A DNA stretch of 64,000 nucleotides from Acidimicrobiales bacterium (GTDB lineage: Bacteria; Actinomycetota; Acidimicrobiia; Acidimicrobiales; SZUA-35), in NCBI GenBank assembly GCA_020630065.1, contig JAHDCC010000012.1:6171-70170 (forward strand), in the 5' to 3' direction. Below, in pieces: positions 29,464-38,047 of this stretch. Numbering within the stretch: the first letter of the stretch is position 1; every line of letters starts with the position of its first letter. Position numbers and translations under genes: made by a program. The notes under the pieces are model-generated. The model did not search any database. It had not been told where the DNA came from and was given only the letters and a program-made list of their open reading frames with translations.

Positions 29464-30344
29464 CCCCCATCGATCGTATTCTTTTTGGTGACAACCAGTT
29501 CTTTGGGGTCAACCACATGTCGGAAGAAAAAGCCCGCTCTCAGCAGATGCGGTTCCGCGACACTGAATCAATTATCAAAGTTCTTGACAACGCCTACGAT
29601 CGTGGCATCCGCAGTTTTATGTGCACCACCCACGACGAGATCGGCAAAATTGCTGACCACGTGGCCGCAAACCCAGATCGCTACGAGGGCTTCAAATTTC
29701 TACCCGGCATGCCGTATGCCCACAAATACAACAACATGGTCGGCGAGCTTGGTGTCATCGACACCATCAAAGCTGTTGCCCCCGGCGGTGTTATGGAAGC
29801 GATGGTGCGCGGCGCCAAATCTGCCGTTGGACGGGACGTCGGCCAGCTGATGCGGATGCTTGTCGACGCCGAAATGGCGCGATTTGCCAACGTCGATACA
29901 CCAGTCGTGTTTCTCCAAAACGTTGTTGCCGATCTCCTATTGGGGCTCGGTAACTATCAGATCTTCGCCGACTTCGTTCAATACGTGAACGAAAAGTACG
30001 AGGCTGAGGCAGGGTTTTTCTCTATGAATATGCCGGCCATGGTCGACGCTCTCGAGTCAGTCGACATCACGAACCCGATCATTGCCTGCAACTACAACAA
30101 GATCGGTTTCCGCATGTCTGGCGGTATCGAAGCATACGACCGCAAACTCGAAGAGAAACCAGTTCGTTGTGTAGCTATGTCGGTTCTCGCTTCAGGTGCT
30201 ATTCCCCCAGCTGAGGCGTTGGAATGGGTTTGTGAGCGCCCATTGATTGAGTCGATAGTATTTGGAGCTTCCTCCGATGCAAATATTTCCTCTACGGTCA
30301 GTCTTATCACCGAGTTTGATTCGACACGAGCTTCGGCCGCCTAA
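29460..30344 (+). CDS. Uncharacterised protein (possibly a TIM-barrel fold), operonic with the Alg14/Alg13-like genes
   Basis: This 294-aa ORF has no motif I can name. It has an ATGA overlap with the upstream gene and a TAATG overlap with the downstream gene. Confidence 0.55.
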   Translation: MTPIDRILFGDNQFFGVNHMSEEKARSQQMRFRDTESIIKVLDNAYDRGIRSFMCTTHDEIGKIADHVAANPDRYEGFKFLPGMPYAHKYNNMVGELGVIDTIKAVAPGGVMEAMVRGAKSAVGRDVGQLMRMLVDAEMARFANVDTPVVFLQNVVADLLLGLGNYQIFADFVQYVNEKYEAEAGFFSMNMPAMVDALESVDITNPIIACNYNKIGFRMSGGIEAYDRKLEEKPVRCVAMSVLASGAIPPAEALEWVCERPLIESIVFGASSDANISSTVSLITEFDSTRASAA

Positions 30345-30838
30345 TGGAAGGCGCCTCCTCCGGCCACAATATACGATCTGACATCAGGCTCTGTGTCGGT
30401 GCTTCCTCAGGTGGTCACACCAACGAATTGATGCAGTTGCTTGCCCATGCCGAGTCGTGGCCCGAGGCTACCTTTGCGGTTACAACACTCGAAATTTTGC
30501 GCCCACAGTTCGAACGACTTGGCCCTACAACCGTTATCGGTGAATGCCACCGATTCAAGCCGTGGGCCGCTGTGGGCGTATTTGGCAGAGCATTCTGGTT
30601 CGCGGTGAGGAATAGACCCGACGTCATCGTCACGACAGGTTCACTTCCATTAGCAATGGTATGTATTTTCGTCAAACTCTTTGGCGGCAAGGTCGTGTGG
30701 ATCGATAGCGTTGCCCAGATGGAGGAACTTTCGATGAGCGGCAACTTGGTCAGACGGTTTGCCGACCGCTGCTACGCCCAATGGCCATCGGTCGCCGACA
30801 AGTATGACAACGTTTCCTATGCAGGTGAGCTTCTGTGA
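30344..30838 (+). CDS. Alg14-like glycosyltransferase subunit (PssD/EpsE/Cps14F type)
   Basis: The GASSGGHTNELMQL motif corresponds to GSGGHT in Alg14-family proteins, and DVIVTTGS is also present. Confidence 0.75.
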   Translation: MEGASSGHNIRSDIRLCVGASSGGHTNELMQLLAHAESWPEATFAVTTLEILRPQFERLGPTTVIGECHRFKPWAAVGVFGRAFWFAVRNRPDVIVTTGSLPLAMVCIFVKLFGGKVVWIDSVAQMEELSMSGNLVRRFADRCYAQWPSVADKYDNVSYAGELL

Positions 30839-31308
30839 TCTTCGTTGCTGTTGGCAGTCTCTATCCGTTTGATCGACTCATTCAGGCATGTGATCGGATC
30901 GCGGCCGATAACCCTGATCAGGAATGGATCGCTCAGATACACGAGGGCGAATACGAGCCGAAACACATGAAATTTGAACGTTTCATGGACAAAGACACGT
31001 TTAGCACAACTATCGGCAACGCCGAGTTGTTAGTTGGTCACGCTGGGATGGGACTCATCAATGACGCGCTAACGGCCCAAAAACCGTTGCTAATCGTTCC
31101 TCGGAGACACGCGCTCGGCGAACACGTGAACGACCATCAAGTATCCGGCGCAGAACTTTTCCGATCAGGCGGTCATGTTTTGGTGGCCGAGAATCCGGAC
31201 GATATCTCTTCAATGCTGGACGAAGTTCGAGATTTTGTCCCGAAACCTCGACAGATTCGCGCTGCCGGTCTCGCTAACGACATCGGTGATTTTCTTTCAA
31301 CCTGCTAA
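30835..31308 (+). CDS. Alg13-like glycosyltransferase subunit (GT28 C-terminal domain, PssE/Cps14G type)
   Basis: MIFVAVGSLYPFDRL...VGHAGMGLINDAL...NDHQ. The GTG start overlaps the upstream stop (GTGA). Confidence 0.75.
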   Translation: MIFVAVGSLYPFDRLIQACDRIAADNPDQEWIAQIHEGEYEPKHMKFERFMDKDTFSTTIGNAELLVGHAGMGLINDALTAQKPLLIVPRRHALGEHVNDHQVSGAELFRSGGHVLVAENPDDISSMLDEVRDFVPKPRQIRAAGLANDIGDFLSTC

Positions 31309-31453
31309 CCCACAGGCCACTCTCCGATCTGTCGCAGATTCGCTCTCTTTCTGTGGAAAAATTCTTAAATCCACAGGGTTACTCCCCTAGTACCTCACAG
31401 GCCAGTCGTTCTAAAGTATCCCTAGACAGCGCAACACTCTTTAGGAGAACACG

Positions 31454-31705
31454 ATGGCCCTTTTCGCCGTAACCCTTTCCGATAACACCACCGATGTAGT
31501 CGACGGAGCCGACGCATACCAACAAGAAGGCCCAATGACGACGTTCTTCGCCCATGGAGAGGGCCGACAAGTGATCGACTCGTGGAGTAGCCGCCTTGCC
31601 AGTTATAGAACCGCCGACGTTGTAGCGGTCAGAAGAAGCGCAGCACAAACAGCCGAATTTGATCGTCCGGTCAACACGTCAGAAACGCTCCTGCAGTCGG
31701 CCTGA
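31454..31705 (+). CDS. Hypothetical small protein
   Basis: This is an 83-aa ORF with AGGAGA 7 nt upstream of the ATG. Confidence 0.35.
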   Translation: MALFAVTLSDNTTDVVDGADAYQQEGPMTTFFAHGEGRQVIDSWSSRLASYRTADVVAVRRSAAQTAEFDRPVNTSETLLQSA

Positions 31706-31733
31706 GAGCCAACCAGGATGTTTGAGGACACGC

Positions 31734-32513
31734 TCAGGTGTGCTGAGCTGTCATTCCGCCGTCGACGACCACGACTGTCCCGTTTATGTACGACGACGCC
31801 GGGAGCACAAGCGAAAGCACGATCTGGGCAACTTCTTCTGGTTCGCCGTATCGTCCGACCGGAACTCGCCGATCAGCGAACAGAACTTTGTCCTCTTCAG
31901 AAATGGCGGCATTCATACCGGTGCGAATCGTTCCAGGAGCAACACAATTGACGGTGACCCCTTTACGTCCGAGCTCTACTGCCAGTCCCCTGGTCAAGCC
32001 AATGACGCCGTGCTTAGACGCGGTGTATGGTGTCATTTCCGGCGTTGCGCCGAAACCTTCGGTCGACGCAATATTAACTATCCGACCCTCGCCAGAACGC
32101 ATAAGATCTTTAAGACATGCTCGAGTCAACAACGTGTGGGCTTCGAGATTGACGCCCAACGTTGTCGTCCAAGCCTCGTCGTAATCTTCGTCGTCTATGG
32201 GTGCGGTCACGCTGACCCCGGCGTTGTTGATGAGGAGGTCTACCGGACCTAGTTCGGTACGGATAACGTCAACCGCAGATGCAACCGCGTCTCTGTCAGA
32301 AACGTCGGCGACCTGGCCAACCACCGGATACCCCGCTTCTTCGATTTCGGTAGCAACTAAATGAATTCCGCCGCTGGTGCGGTCGATCAACCCCACTTTG
32401 GCTCCTTCGTCGGCCAGGAGATGAGCTATTGATCGACCGAGTCCAGACGCTGCGCCGGTTATTACTGCAACTTTTCCGTCGATCGAACGATTGAGATGGG
32501 TGAGACGAGCCAT
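31734..32513 (-). CDS. Short-chain dehydrogenase/reductase (FabG-like)
   Basis: VAVITGAASGLGRSIA, NNAG, YTASKHGVIGLT. Confidence 0.9.
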   Translation of the reverse strand: MARLTHLNRSIDGKVAVITGAASGLGRSIAHLLADEGAKVGLIDRTSGGIHLVATEIEEAGYPVVGQVADVSDRDAVASAVDVIRTELGPVDLLINNAGVSVTAPIDDEDYDEAWTTTLGVNLEAHTLLTRACLKDLMRSGEGRIVNIASTEGFGATPEMTPYTASKHGVIGLTRGLAVELGRKGVTVNCVAPGTIRTGMNAAISEEDKVLFADRRVPVGRYGEPEEVAQIVLSLVLPASSYINGTVVVVDGGMTAQHT

Positions 32514-32585
32514 CGAAGCAGCCTAGTAGGAAAATTTGGTCTAAATTCTAACGCAGCCAAATGTTCGATCATATTCTTACGAGCC

Positions 32586-32957
32586 CTACATCAGTTCTTG
32601 AGGTTCGACTGAGAAGCCGTCTAAGTTGCCAACACCTCGAAAGACATGGGTACGACCATCGGAACGGACGACCACTGCCGGTCCTGATAGTTCATCGGCA
32701 GGCCCGTGCATAACAAGATCACACACTTGTTGTTCAAGGTGCCACTCTTCAGACGAACGATGAATAAGCTCCCAATCGATATCCGAACCTTCGTTACGGA
32801 CAACAACGATCAGGTCGCCTCCAGCAGACGGAACCGCTAGACCTGACACCCACAACGACGTGATCAAATACTGGTAGTGGTGCATAGTCGTGTTTACCAA
32901 GCCTTGGAATATGTCGTAATTCGCATGTGGTTTGTGTAGTCGGCCACACTCTGACAT
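32586..32957 (-). CDS. Hypothetical protein
   Basis: This is an ORF only, with an uncertain start (an internal MHHYQYL is possible). Confidence 0.3.
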   Translation of the reverse strand: MSECGRLHKPHANYDIFQGLVNTTMHHYQYLITSLWVSGLAVPSAGGDLIVVVRNEGSDIDWELIHRSSEEWHLEQQVCDLVMHGPADELSGPAVVVRSDGRTHVFRGVGNLDGFSVEPQELM

Positions 32958-33001
32958 GTAAGCTTAACTCCAGACCGACCACATAAACTCTAGGAGTTGC
33001 G

Positions 33002-33982
33002 ATGACGCAGCCTGTTGTTCCTGATCGTAACCTTGCACTTGAATTGGTACGAACGACTGAGGCCGCCGCTATGGCTTCGTCTCGCTGGATGGGTAGAGGC
33101 GATAAGATCAGCGCCGACCAAGCTGCGGTAGATGCAATGCGAAGCGTCTTAGCTGGCGTCGACATGCAAGGAACCGTCGTCATCGGTGAAGGTGAAAAAG
33201 ACGAAGCCCCGATGCTGTACAACGGTGAGTCGGTTGGAACCGGTTCAGGACCAGCGGCCGATATTGCCGTTGACCCAATCGACGGTACGACGCTGACAGC
33301 CAACGGCCTTTCCGGCGCCATAGCGGTTATCGCTGCCGCCGAAGCAGGGTCTATGTTCGATCCAGGACCAGCGGTCTACATGGAAAAAATCGCAGTTGGC
33401 CCTTCTGGCGCCGGGATCGTCGACATTCGGCTTCCAGTAGAAAAAAACTTACGGGCGTTAGCCAAAGCTAAAGATCAGGCAGTAGCCGACTTAAACGTGA
33501 TGGTTCTCAACCGGCCTCGTCACGAAGAGTTAGTAGCTCGAGTACGAAAAGCAGGCGCACGAATCACCTTGATTCCCGATGGCGATGTCGCTGGTGCGAT
33601 CGCAACAGCTTGGCCAGAATCTGGTGTAGACATCCTTCTAGGCATCGGGGGCACCCCGGAAGGCGTAATTACGGCCGCTGCCCTTAAATGTATGGGCGGA
33701 GATCTTCAGGGCCGTCTCTGGATGCGTAACGACGAAGACCGGGCCGCGGTGCTTGAAGCCGGAATTGACCCGGACAAAATTATTGGCCTGAACGATCTCG
33801 TAGCTTCTGATGATTGTTTCTTCGCCGCAACCGGTATCAGCTCAGGGTCTCTGCTTCGAGGCGTCCGATACTCTTCAGGTCGAATTGAAACCCAATCACT
33901 CGTGATGCGCGGGCGGTCCGGAACGGTACGTCTTATCAACGGTACGCACCGGGCGACCAAGCTAAAAGATCTATACGGATAG
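33002..33982 (+). CDS. glpX: Class II fructose-1,6-bisphosphatase
   Basis: LALELVRTTEAAAMASSRWMGRGDK...AVDPIDGT...GIGGTPEGV. Confidence 0.95.
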   Translation: MTQPVVPDRNLALELVRTTEAAAMASSRWMGRGDKISADQAAVDAMRSVLAGVDMQGTVVIGEGEKDEAPMLYNGESVGTGSGPAADIAVDPIDGTTLTANGLSGAIAVIAAAEAGSMFDPGPAVYMEKIAVGPSGAGIVDIRLPVEKNLRALAKAKDQAVADLNVMVLNRPRHEELVARVRKAGARITLIPDGDVAGAIATAWPESGVDILLGIGGTPEGVITAAALKCMGGDLQGRLWMRNDEDRAAVLEAGIDPDKIIGLNDLVASDDCFFAATGISSGSLLRGVRYSSGRIETQSLVMRGRSGTVRLINGTHRATKLKDLYG

Positions 33983-34002
33983 GTCGTCTACGGCCCTAGG
34001 GG

Positions 34003-34563
34003 TTACCCCACCGGTGCCGATGCGTTCATGAGCGCCCGTCTGACTAAGTGGACAAGTGTGTCGCGCACGGCGTACTTGTTCCGAGCGTCTGTCACGACAA
34101 CCGGTACCTGCTCTGGTATCGAGAGAGCTTCACGAATTTCTTCCGGATGGTAGTGAAGTTCGCCTTCGAACGCATTCACGGCAACAACGAACGGAACACC
34201 TGTCTGTTCCATGTAGTCGATCGCCGGGAAGCAGGCGTCGATTCGATCGGTGTCGACTAGTACAACTGCGCCTATGGCTCCGCGAACGAGTTCGTCCCAC
34301 ATGAAATGGAAGCGGTCTTGTCCGGGGGTTCCGAAAAGATAGAGCATCAGTTCGTCACTTAGGGCAACTCGCCCAAAGTCCATGGCAACTGTGGTTCCGC
34401 CTTTTTTTGTGGCTTGGCCAAGATCATCGACATCTTCGCTGACCTTGGTCATGTTGGCTTCGGTAGTCAGTGGCTCAATATCTGAGATCGAACCAACGAA
34501 TGTGGTTTTGCCAACGGCGAACCCGCCGGCTACCACGATCTTTACTGGAATAGGGTTACTCAT
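34003..34563 (-). CDS. Ras/MglA-like small GTPase (conservon CvnD-like ATP/GTP-binding protein)
   Basis: The P-loop is AGGFAVGKTTF, with LFGTPGQDRF. It is the last gene of the kinase / roadblock / DUF742 / GTPase array. Confidence 0.85.
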   Translation of the reverse strand: MSNPIPVKIVVAGGFAVGKTTFVGSISDIEPLTTEANMTKVSEDVDDLGQATKKGGTTVAMDFGRVALSDELMLYLFGTPGQDRFHFMWDELVRGAIGAVVLVDTDRIDACFPAIDYMEQTGVPFVVAVNAFEGELHYHPEEIREALSIPEQVPVVVTDARNKYAVRDTLVHLVRRALMNASAPVG

Positions 34564-34569
34564 TGTTCC

Positions 34570-34944
34570 TCACAAGTTCTGTAGGCCGTCGAGGACCCGT
34601 TCAAGTAGCTGTAAATCTGGTCTGTTGTCCGGGCCGGACGTGTCTAAAGAGTGGCTTGTTAAATCGTCGGATTGAATCAGGTCCCCAACAAGAATCTTGG
34701 CTGTCTGAAGCGGAATGGAGAGGTGTGCTGATACCTCAGCGATTGAGATCGCTTCAGACGTAAGCTCAAGAATTGTCCGGAATTTACGGGGTTGGCTAGC
34801 TATGCCAGCTGTCCCCTGGGGCGTCGACACTACAAGTGTCTCTAGCGGAAGATCAACTTCGGCAATTGTTCGCCCACCGGTGAGCAGATACGGTCTGACT
34901 TTACGAGCCTTCCGTTCTCGGGGGGTTGGGGTCGAATCGGCCAT
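34570..34944 (-). CDS. DUF742 protein (CvnC-like)
   Basis: VRPYLLTGGRT... together with a C-terminal HTH-like SIAEVSAHLSIPLQTAKILVGDL. Confidence 0.75.
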   Translation of the reverse strand: MADSTPTPRERKARKVRPYLLTGGRTIAEVDLPLETLVVSTPQGTAGIASQPRKFRTILELTSEAISIAEVSAHLSIPLQTAKILVGDLIQSDDLTSHSLDTSGPDNRPDLQLLERVLDGLQNL

Positions 34945-34947
34945 GGA

Positions 34948-35367
34948 TTAGCTAAGAACCGCGGCCTGAAGTTCAGCTCGAAGTTCTGGGGTAAGTGACG
35001 CTCCGGCTTTCTCAACCAGCACCGCCATTTCGTACCCGACTAAGCCGATGTCGGCAGAGGATTCTGCCATTACTGCTAGCAATGAACCATCACTAATGCC
35101 TGTTACGAACAGAAACGCATTCTCCATCTCAACGATGACTTCGTTCACTGCGCCACCGCCGAAACGTCCAGCGGCGCCGTAGCTCAGTCCTATCAGGCCC
35201 GAGGCGACCGCCGCGAACCGGTCAACGGCATCGCGGTCCATCCCGGACGAAGCTGCTAGTGGGAGACCGTCAGAAGACACTACCACTGCATCTGAAACGC
35301 CCGATACCTCTGAGGCAAAGCTATCGACGAGCCAGTTGAGATTGGATGCTTCATCACTTAAGGTCAT
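34948..35367 (-). CDS. Roadblock/LC7 domain protein (CvnB-like)
   Basis: NLNWLVDSFASEVSGVSDAVVVSSDGLPLA... is the typical Robl_LC7 pattern. Confidence 0.85.
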   Translation of the reverse strand: MTLSDEASNLNWLVDSFASEVSGVSDAVVVSSDGLPLAASSGMDRDAVDRFAAVASGLIGLSYGAAGRFGGGAVNEVIVEMENAFLFVTGISDGSLLAVMAESSADIGLVGYEMAVLVEKAGASLTPELRAELQAAVLS

Positions 35368-35509
35368 TGTGTTCTCCTACATGTATTCATTCAGGTCGAA
35401 TGATCAGATCTTTGCCGTTCGGCAGTTGGGTGTGCGTTGTGAGTTTGTTGCCCGGGGGTAACCGAGCAGGTGGTGGATGGAAAGTTTCGGCGGAATCTGG
35501 CAGTAAGAC

Positions 35510-37135
35510 TTATTCTTGTGACTTGATACCTTCGCGGTATTTAGACAGCATCGAACGAATCTCTTCGGGCTTGCGGCTGCTGGCCTTGGTCGGCCGCTCC
35601 GGAATCTTTTCCGAAGTTTCTTTCGGAATTGGATTTCGGATCTTTGCGTCTGGTTTGCTGGTGCCTGGTTGGCGGCGAGCGAGTGTGGCCCTTCCAGAAT
35701 CCTTAGAGTCGTCGAGGAGTCCTTTCAGCCCGTCATCGAAGTCTTCACCCGATGGGACTGCGTCTTCCAACTTTGCAGGCGCCTTCGGGGTTACCGTTGG
35801 CGGAATCCATGTCTCGGCTGGGGTCTGTTTGGTATTTGAACCAAACTTGCCTTTCGTAGCCTTCTTGGATGCTTTATCTGCAGCGTCATCGCCGTTACCT
35901 AAGAGTTTCGAAAGTTGGTCTTCGTCGGCTTCTTGTCGGAATTTCGCCAACGGATCGGCTATCGGAGCCTCTACGTTTCTTGAATCTTCAGACTGAGATG
36001 GTTTGGCAGATTCTTCAGGAGCCGACTCTTCTGGCGTTGGGTCTGCAGGAGCAGACGATGAATCATCGATTCCGGTGAAGAGGCCGGCTGGCAATTCGAG
36101 AATCGCCGACATGCCTTTTCCTTGTTTGTTTCGAACAAGTGTTACGTCGACTTCGAGTCGTTCCGCTAATTTGCCAATTACGGCGAATCCAAGGGTTCGA
36201 CCCATGTTGAGGCCAAGGTCTGGCGGTTCAAGCAGTAGCTTGTTTGCGATTTTGAGTTGAGCTTCGTCGATCCCGATTCCATGATCGACGATGGACAGTA
36301 CGTAGGTGCCTGAATCGTTTAGTGCCCCTGTTACCACTACGTTCTTCTCCGGTGGCGAGAATGAACAAGCGTTTTCTAAAAGCTCTGAGATGAGGTGCGC
36401 CAGGTCGCCTGCGGCACTTCCTTCGACCATGATTGGTTCGACTTTTCGGATGTCGATACGTCGATAGTCTTCGATCTCACCCATCGCTACTTGAATGACA
36501 TCTTCAACTTCTTCGTTTCCGCTACCTCGGCGAGGAGATTCAGAATCAGCTAGAACCAGAAGGCTTTCTTGGTTCCGTTTCATTCTGGTCGCCATGTGGT
36601 CTAGCGAAAATAGCTGTTCGAGCCGATCGGGGTTTTGCTCGGTGTCTTCCATCTCGTCGACGAGCTCGATTTGACGGTCTAGGAGATTCTGGTTTCGTCT
36701 CGCTAGGTTCGACACAACTTGAGAAAGTCCTTTTCGTACTTTCTCTTGCTGCTCATAGAAAGATGATGCTGAATGGGAATGTATCTTCTCGATGGACTCA
36801 GCGATTCGGTCAAGGTCGGGGTCTCCGGTTGGCCGAACGTTAAGTTGTTCGAATCCATAGGTGCTTTCCTCCCCGTTTAGCATCGCCGGGAGCCGTCGGT
36901 CTGACAGGTCTTCAGCGGCGTCGGTTACGGTTTTTACCGCCCGTAGGGTTGGCGTTACGATGAAGAACCCGACAAGGGCACATACTATGGCGCCAAGGAG
37001 AGCGACGATGCCCATGCCTGTGGCGAGTCCGGAGTCGTTCGAGAAGAACAGACCCATTGCTGCGATTATCAACAGGAGGGCAGCCGGGATTCCCACCGCG
37101 GCTACCAGCTTTAGTTGAAGTCTAAGATTTTGCAA
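35510..37135 (-). CDS. Membrane sensor histidine-kinase-like ATPase (CvnA-like) with a long Lys/Pro/Glu-rich C-terminal tail
   Basis: It has two N-terminal TM helices and a HAMP-like linker. The motif RRNQNLLDRQIELVDEME...FSLDHMATRMKRNQESLLVLA and the HATPase_c boxes (ELLENACSFSP, DHGIGI) are present. Confidence 0.8.
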   Translation of the reverse strand: MQNLRLQLKLVAAVGIPAALLLIIAAMGLFFSNDSGLATGMGIVALLGAIVCALVGFFIVTPTLRAVKTVTDAAEDLSDRRLPAMLNGEESTYGFEQLNVRPTGDPDLDRIAESIEKIHSHSASSFYEQQEKVRKGLSQVVSNLARRNQNLLDRQIELVDEMEDTEQNPDRLEQLFSLDHMATRMKRNQESLLVLADSESPRRGSGNEEVEDVIQVAMGEIEDYRRIDIRKVEPIMVEGSAAGDLAHLISELLENACSFSPPEKNVVVTGALNDSGTYVLSIVDHGIGIDEAQLKIANKLLLEPPDLGLNMGRTLGFAVIGKLAERLEVDVTLVRNKQGKGMSAILELPAGLFTGIDDSSSAPADPTPEESAPEESAKPSQSEDSRNVEAPIADPLAKFRQEADEDQLSKLLGNGDDAADKASKKATKGKFGSNTKQTPAETWIPPTVTPKAPAKLEDAVPSGEDFDDGLKGLLDDSKDSGRATLARRQPGTSKPDAKIRNPIPKETSEKIPERPTKASSRKPEEIRSMLSKYREGIKSQE

Positions 37136-37241
37136 GACTGTCCTCTCTAAAGTTCATGTAAGAAACTAATCGGCGGGAATTCCCGGCACTTGAGTTGAAG
37201 AAATCCTGCACGCGCCGTGGCAGGTACGCTACGGTTGTGGG

Positions 37242-37949
37242 GTGACCGTCGAAACTGAAATCCACGGAACGCTTGCAGCGTCGCCTCTGCCCGAAGTTCT
37301 GCACACGCTCGAATCCCAAAACGCCACTGGTGTTTTGAATCTCGCCGGAGGAGGCGAGATCTGGTTAAGTGCTGGTCAGACCTATCTCGTCAACTCTCCG
37401 ACCGCCCCTGCGTTGGGTGCAGTATTGTTTGCTGCCGATGTCGGTTCTCTCGAAGAGATCAACAATCTTTTAACGTTGTCAGAACCTGGTAGCAGCGCGT
37501 TAGACCATATTTGTAGTGAGTATCCTGATTCGGTTGTTGGAGTTCAACGACTGATTCATGAGCACAATCTGAATGGTTTGTTCGAAATGATGGTGCCCTC
37601 TGACCAACAATACTCGTTCCGTTCAGACGTAGTGAATCCTCTCGGAGTTAGATTTGCCGAGCCAACGTCAGAGCTATTATCCAAGGCGTCGACCAGGGTT
37701 GATACCTGGCGCAAGATCGCCACACAGATACCGTCAACTAGCGCCGTATTTCAACTTGTTCATAGTTTGCCAGCTAGGGCCGAGGAGCGTCTGGTCACGG
37801 CCGAAGAGTGGCGCTACATTTCGTATATCGATGGTCGAACGTCTGTATCGAGCGTTATTACCGCTACAGGTGAAAGCGCTTTCCGGGTCACCTCAGCCCT
37901 GTATCGACTTCTTCTAGAGGGCCTTATCGAAGAGAAAAAGGCGACGTAG
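37242..37949 (+). CDS. DUF4388 domain protein
   Basis: GTLAASPLPEVLHTLESQNATGVLNL is the DUF4388 signature. The start is GTG. It lies divergent to the conservon. Confidence 0.65.
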   Translation: MTVETEIHGTLAASPLPEVLHTLESQNATGVLNLAGGGEIWLSAGQTYLVNSPTAPALGAVLFAADVGSLEEINNLLTLSEPGSSALDHICSEYPDSVVGVQRLIHEHNLNGLFEMMVPSDQQYSFRSDVVNPLGVRFAEPTSELLSKASTRVDTWRKIATQIPSTSAVFQLVHSLPARAEERLVTAEEWRYISYIDGRTSVSSVITATGESAFRVTSALYRLLLEGLIEEKKAT

Positions 37950-38047
37950 CGCTATTTGTTTATTGCTGGCAGTCTTGAGTTATTGGCGACTAGATTAGCT
38001 AACGCTGGACTTGGTGTAACTTGGGCTGCGCTACCATCAACTGGTGT

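Noticed and set aside
31659-33321. Long antisense ORFs (197, 132 and 175 aa) lie opposite the SDR, the 123-aa hypothetical ORF (32586..32957) and glpX.
   Set aside because: The sense-strand products have unambiguous family motifs, and the antisense ORFs have none.
35346-35996. A 216-aa plus-strand ORF overlaps the 3' part of the CvnA-like gene.
   Set aside because: It is antisense to a gene with clear HATPase motifs. It is rich in Ser, Gly, Arg and Leu with no motif, as commonly seen for spurious antisense ORFs.
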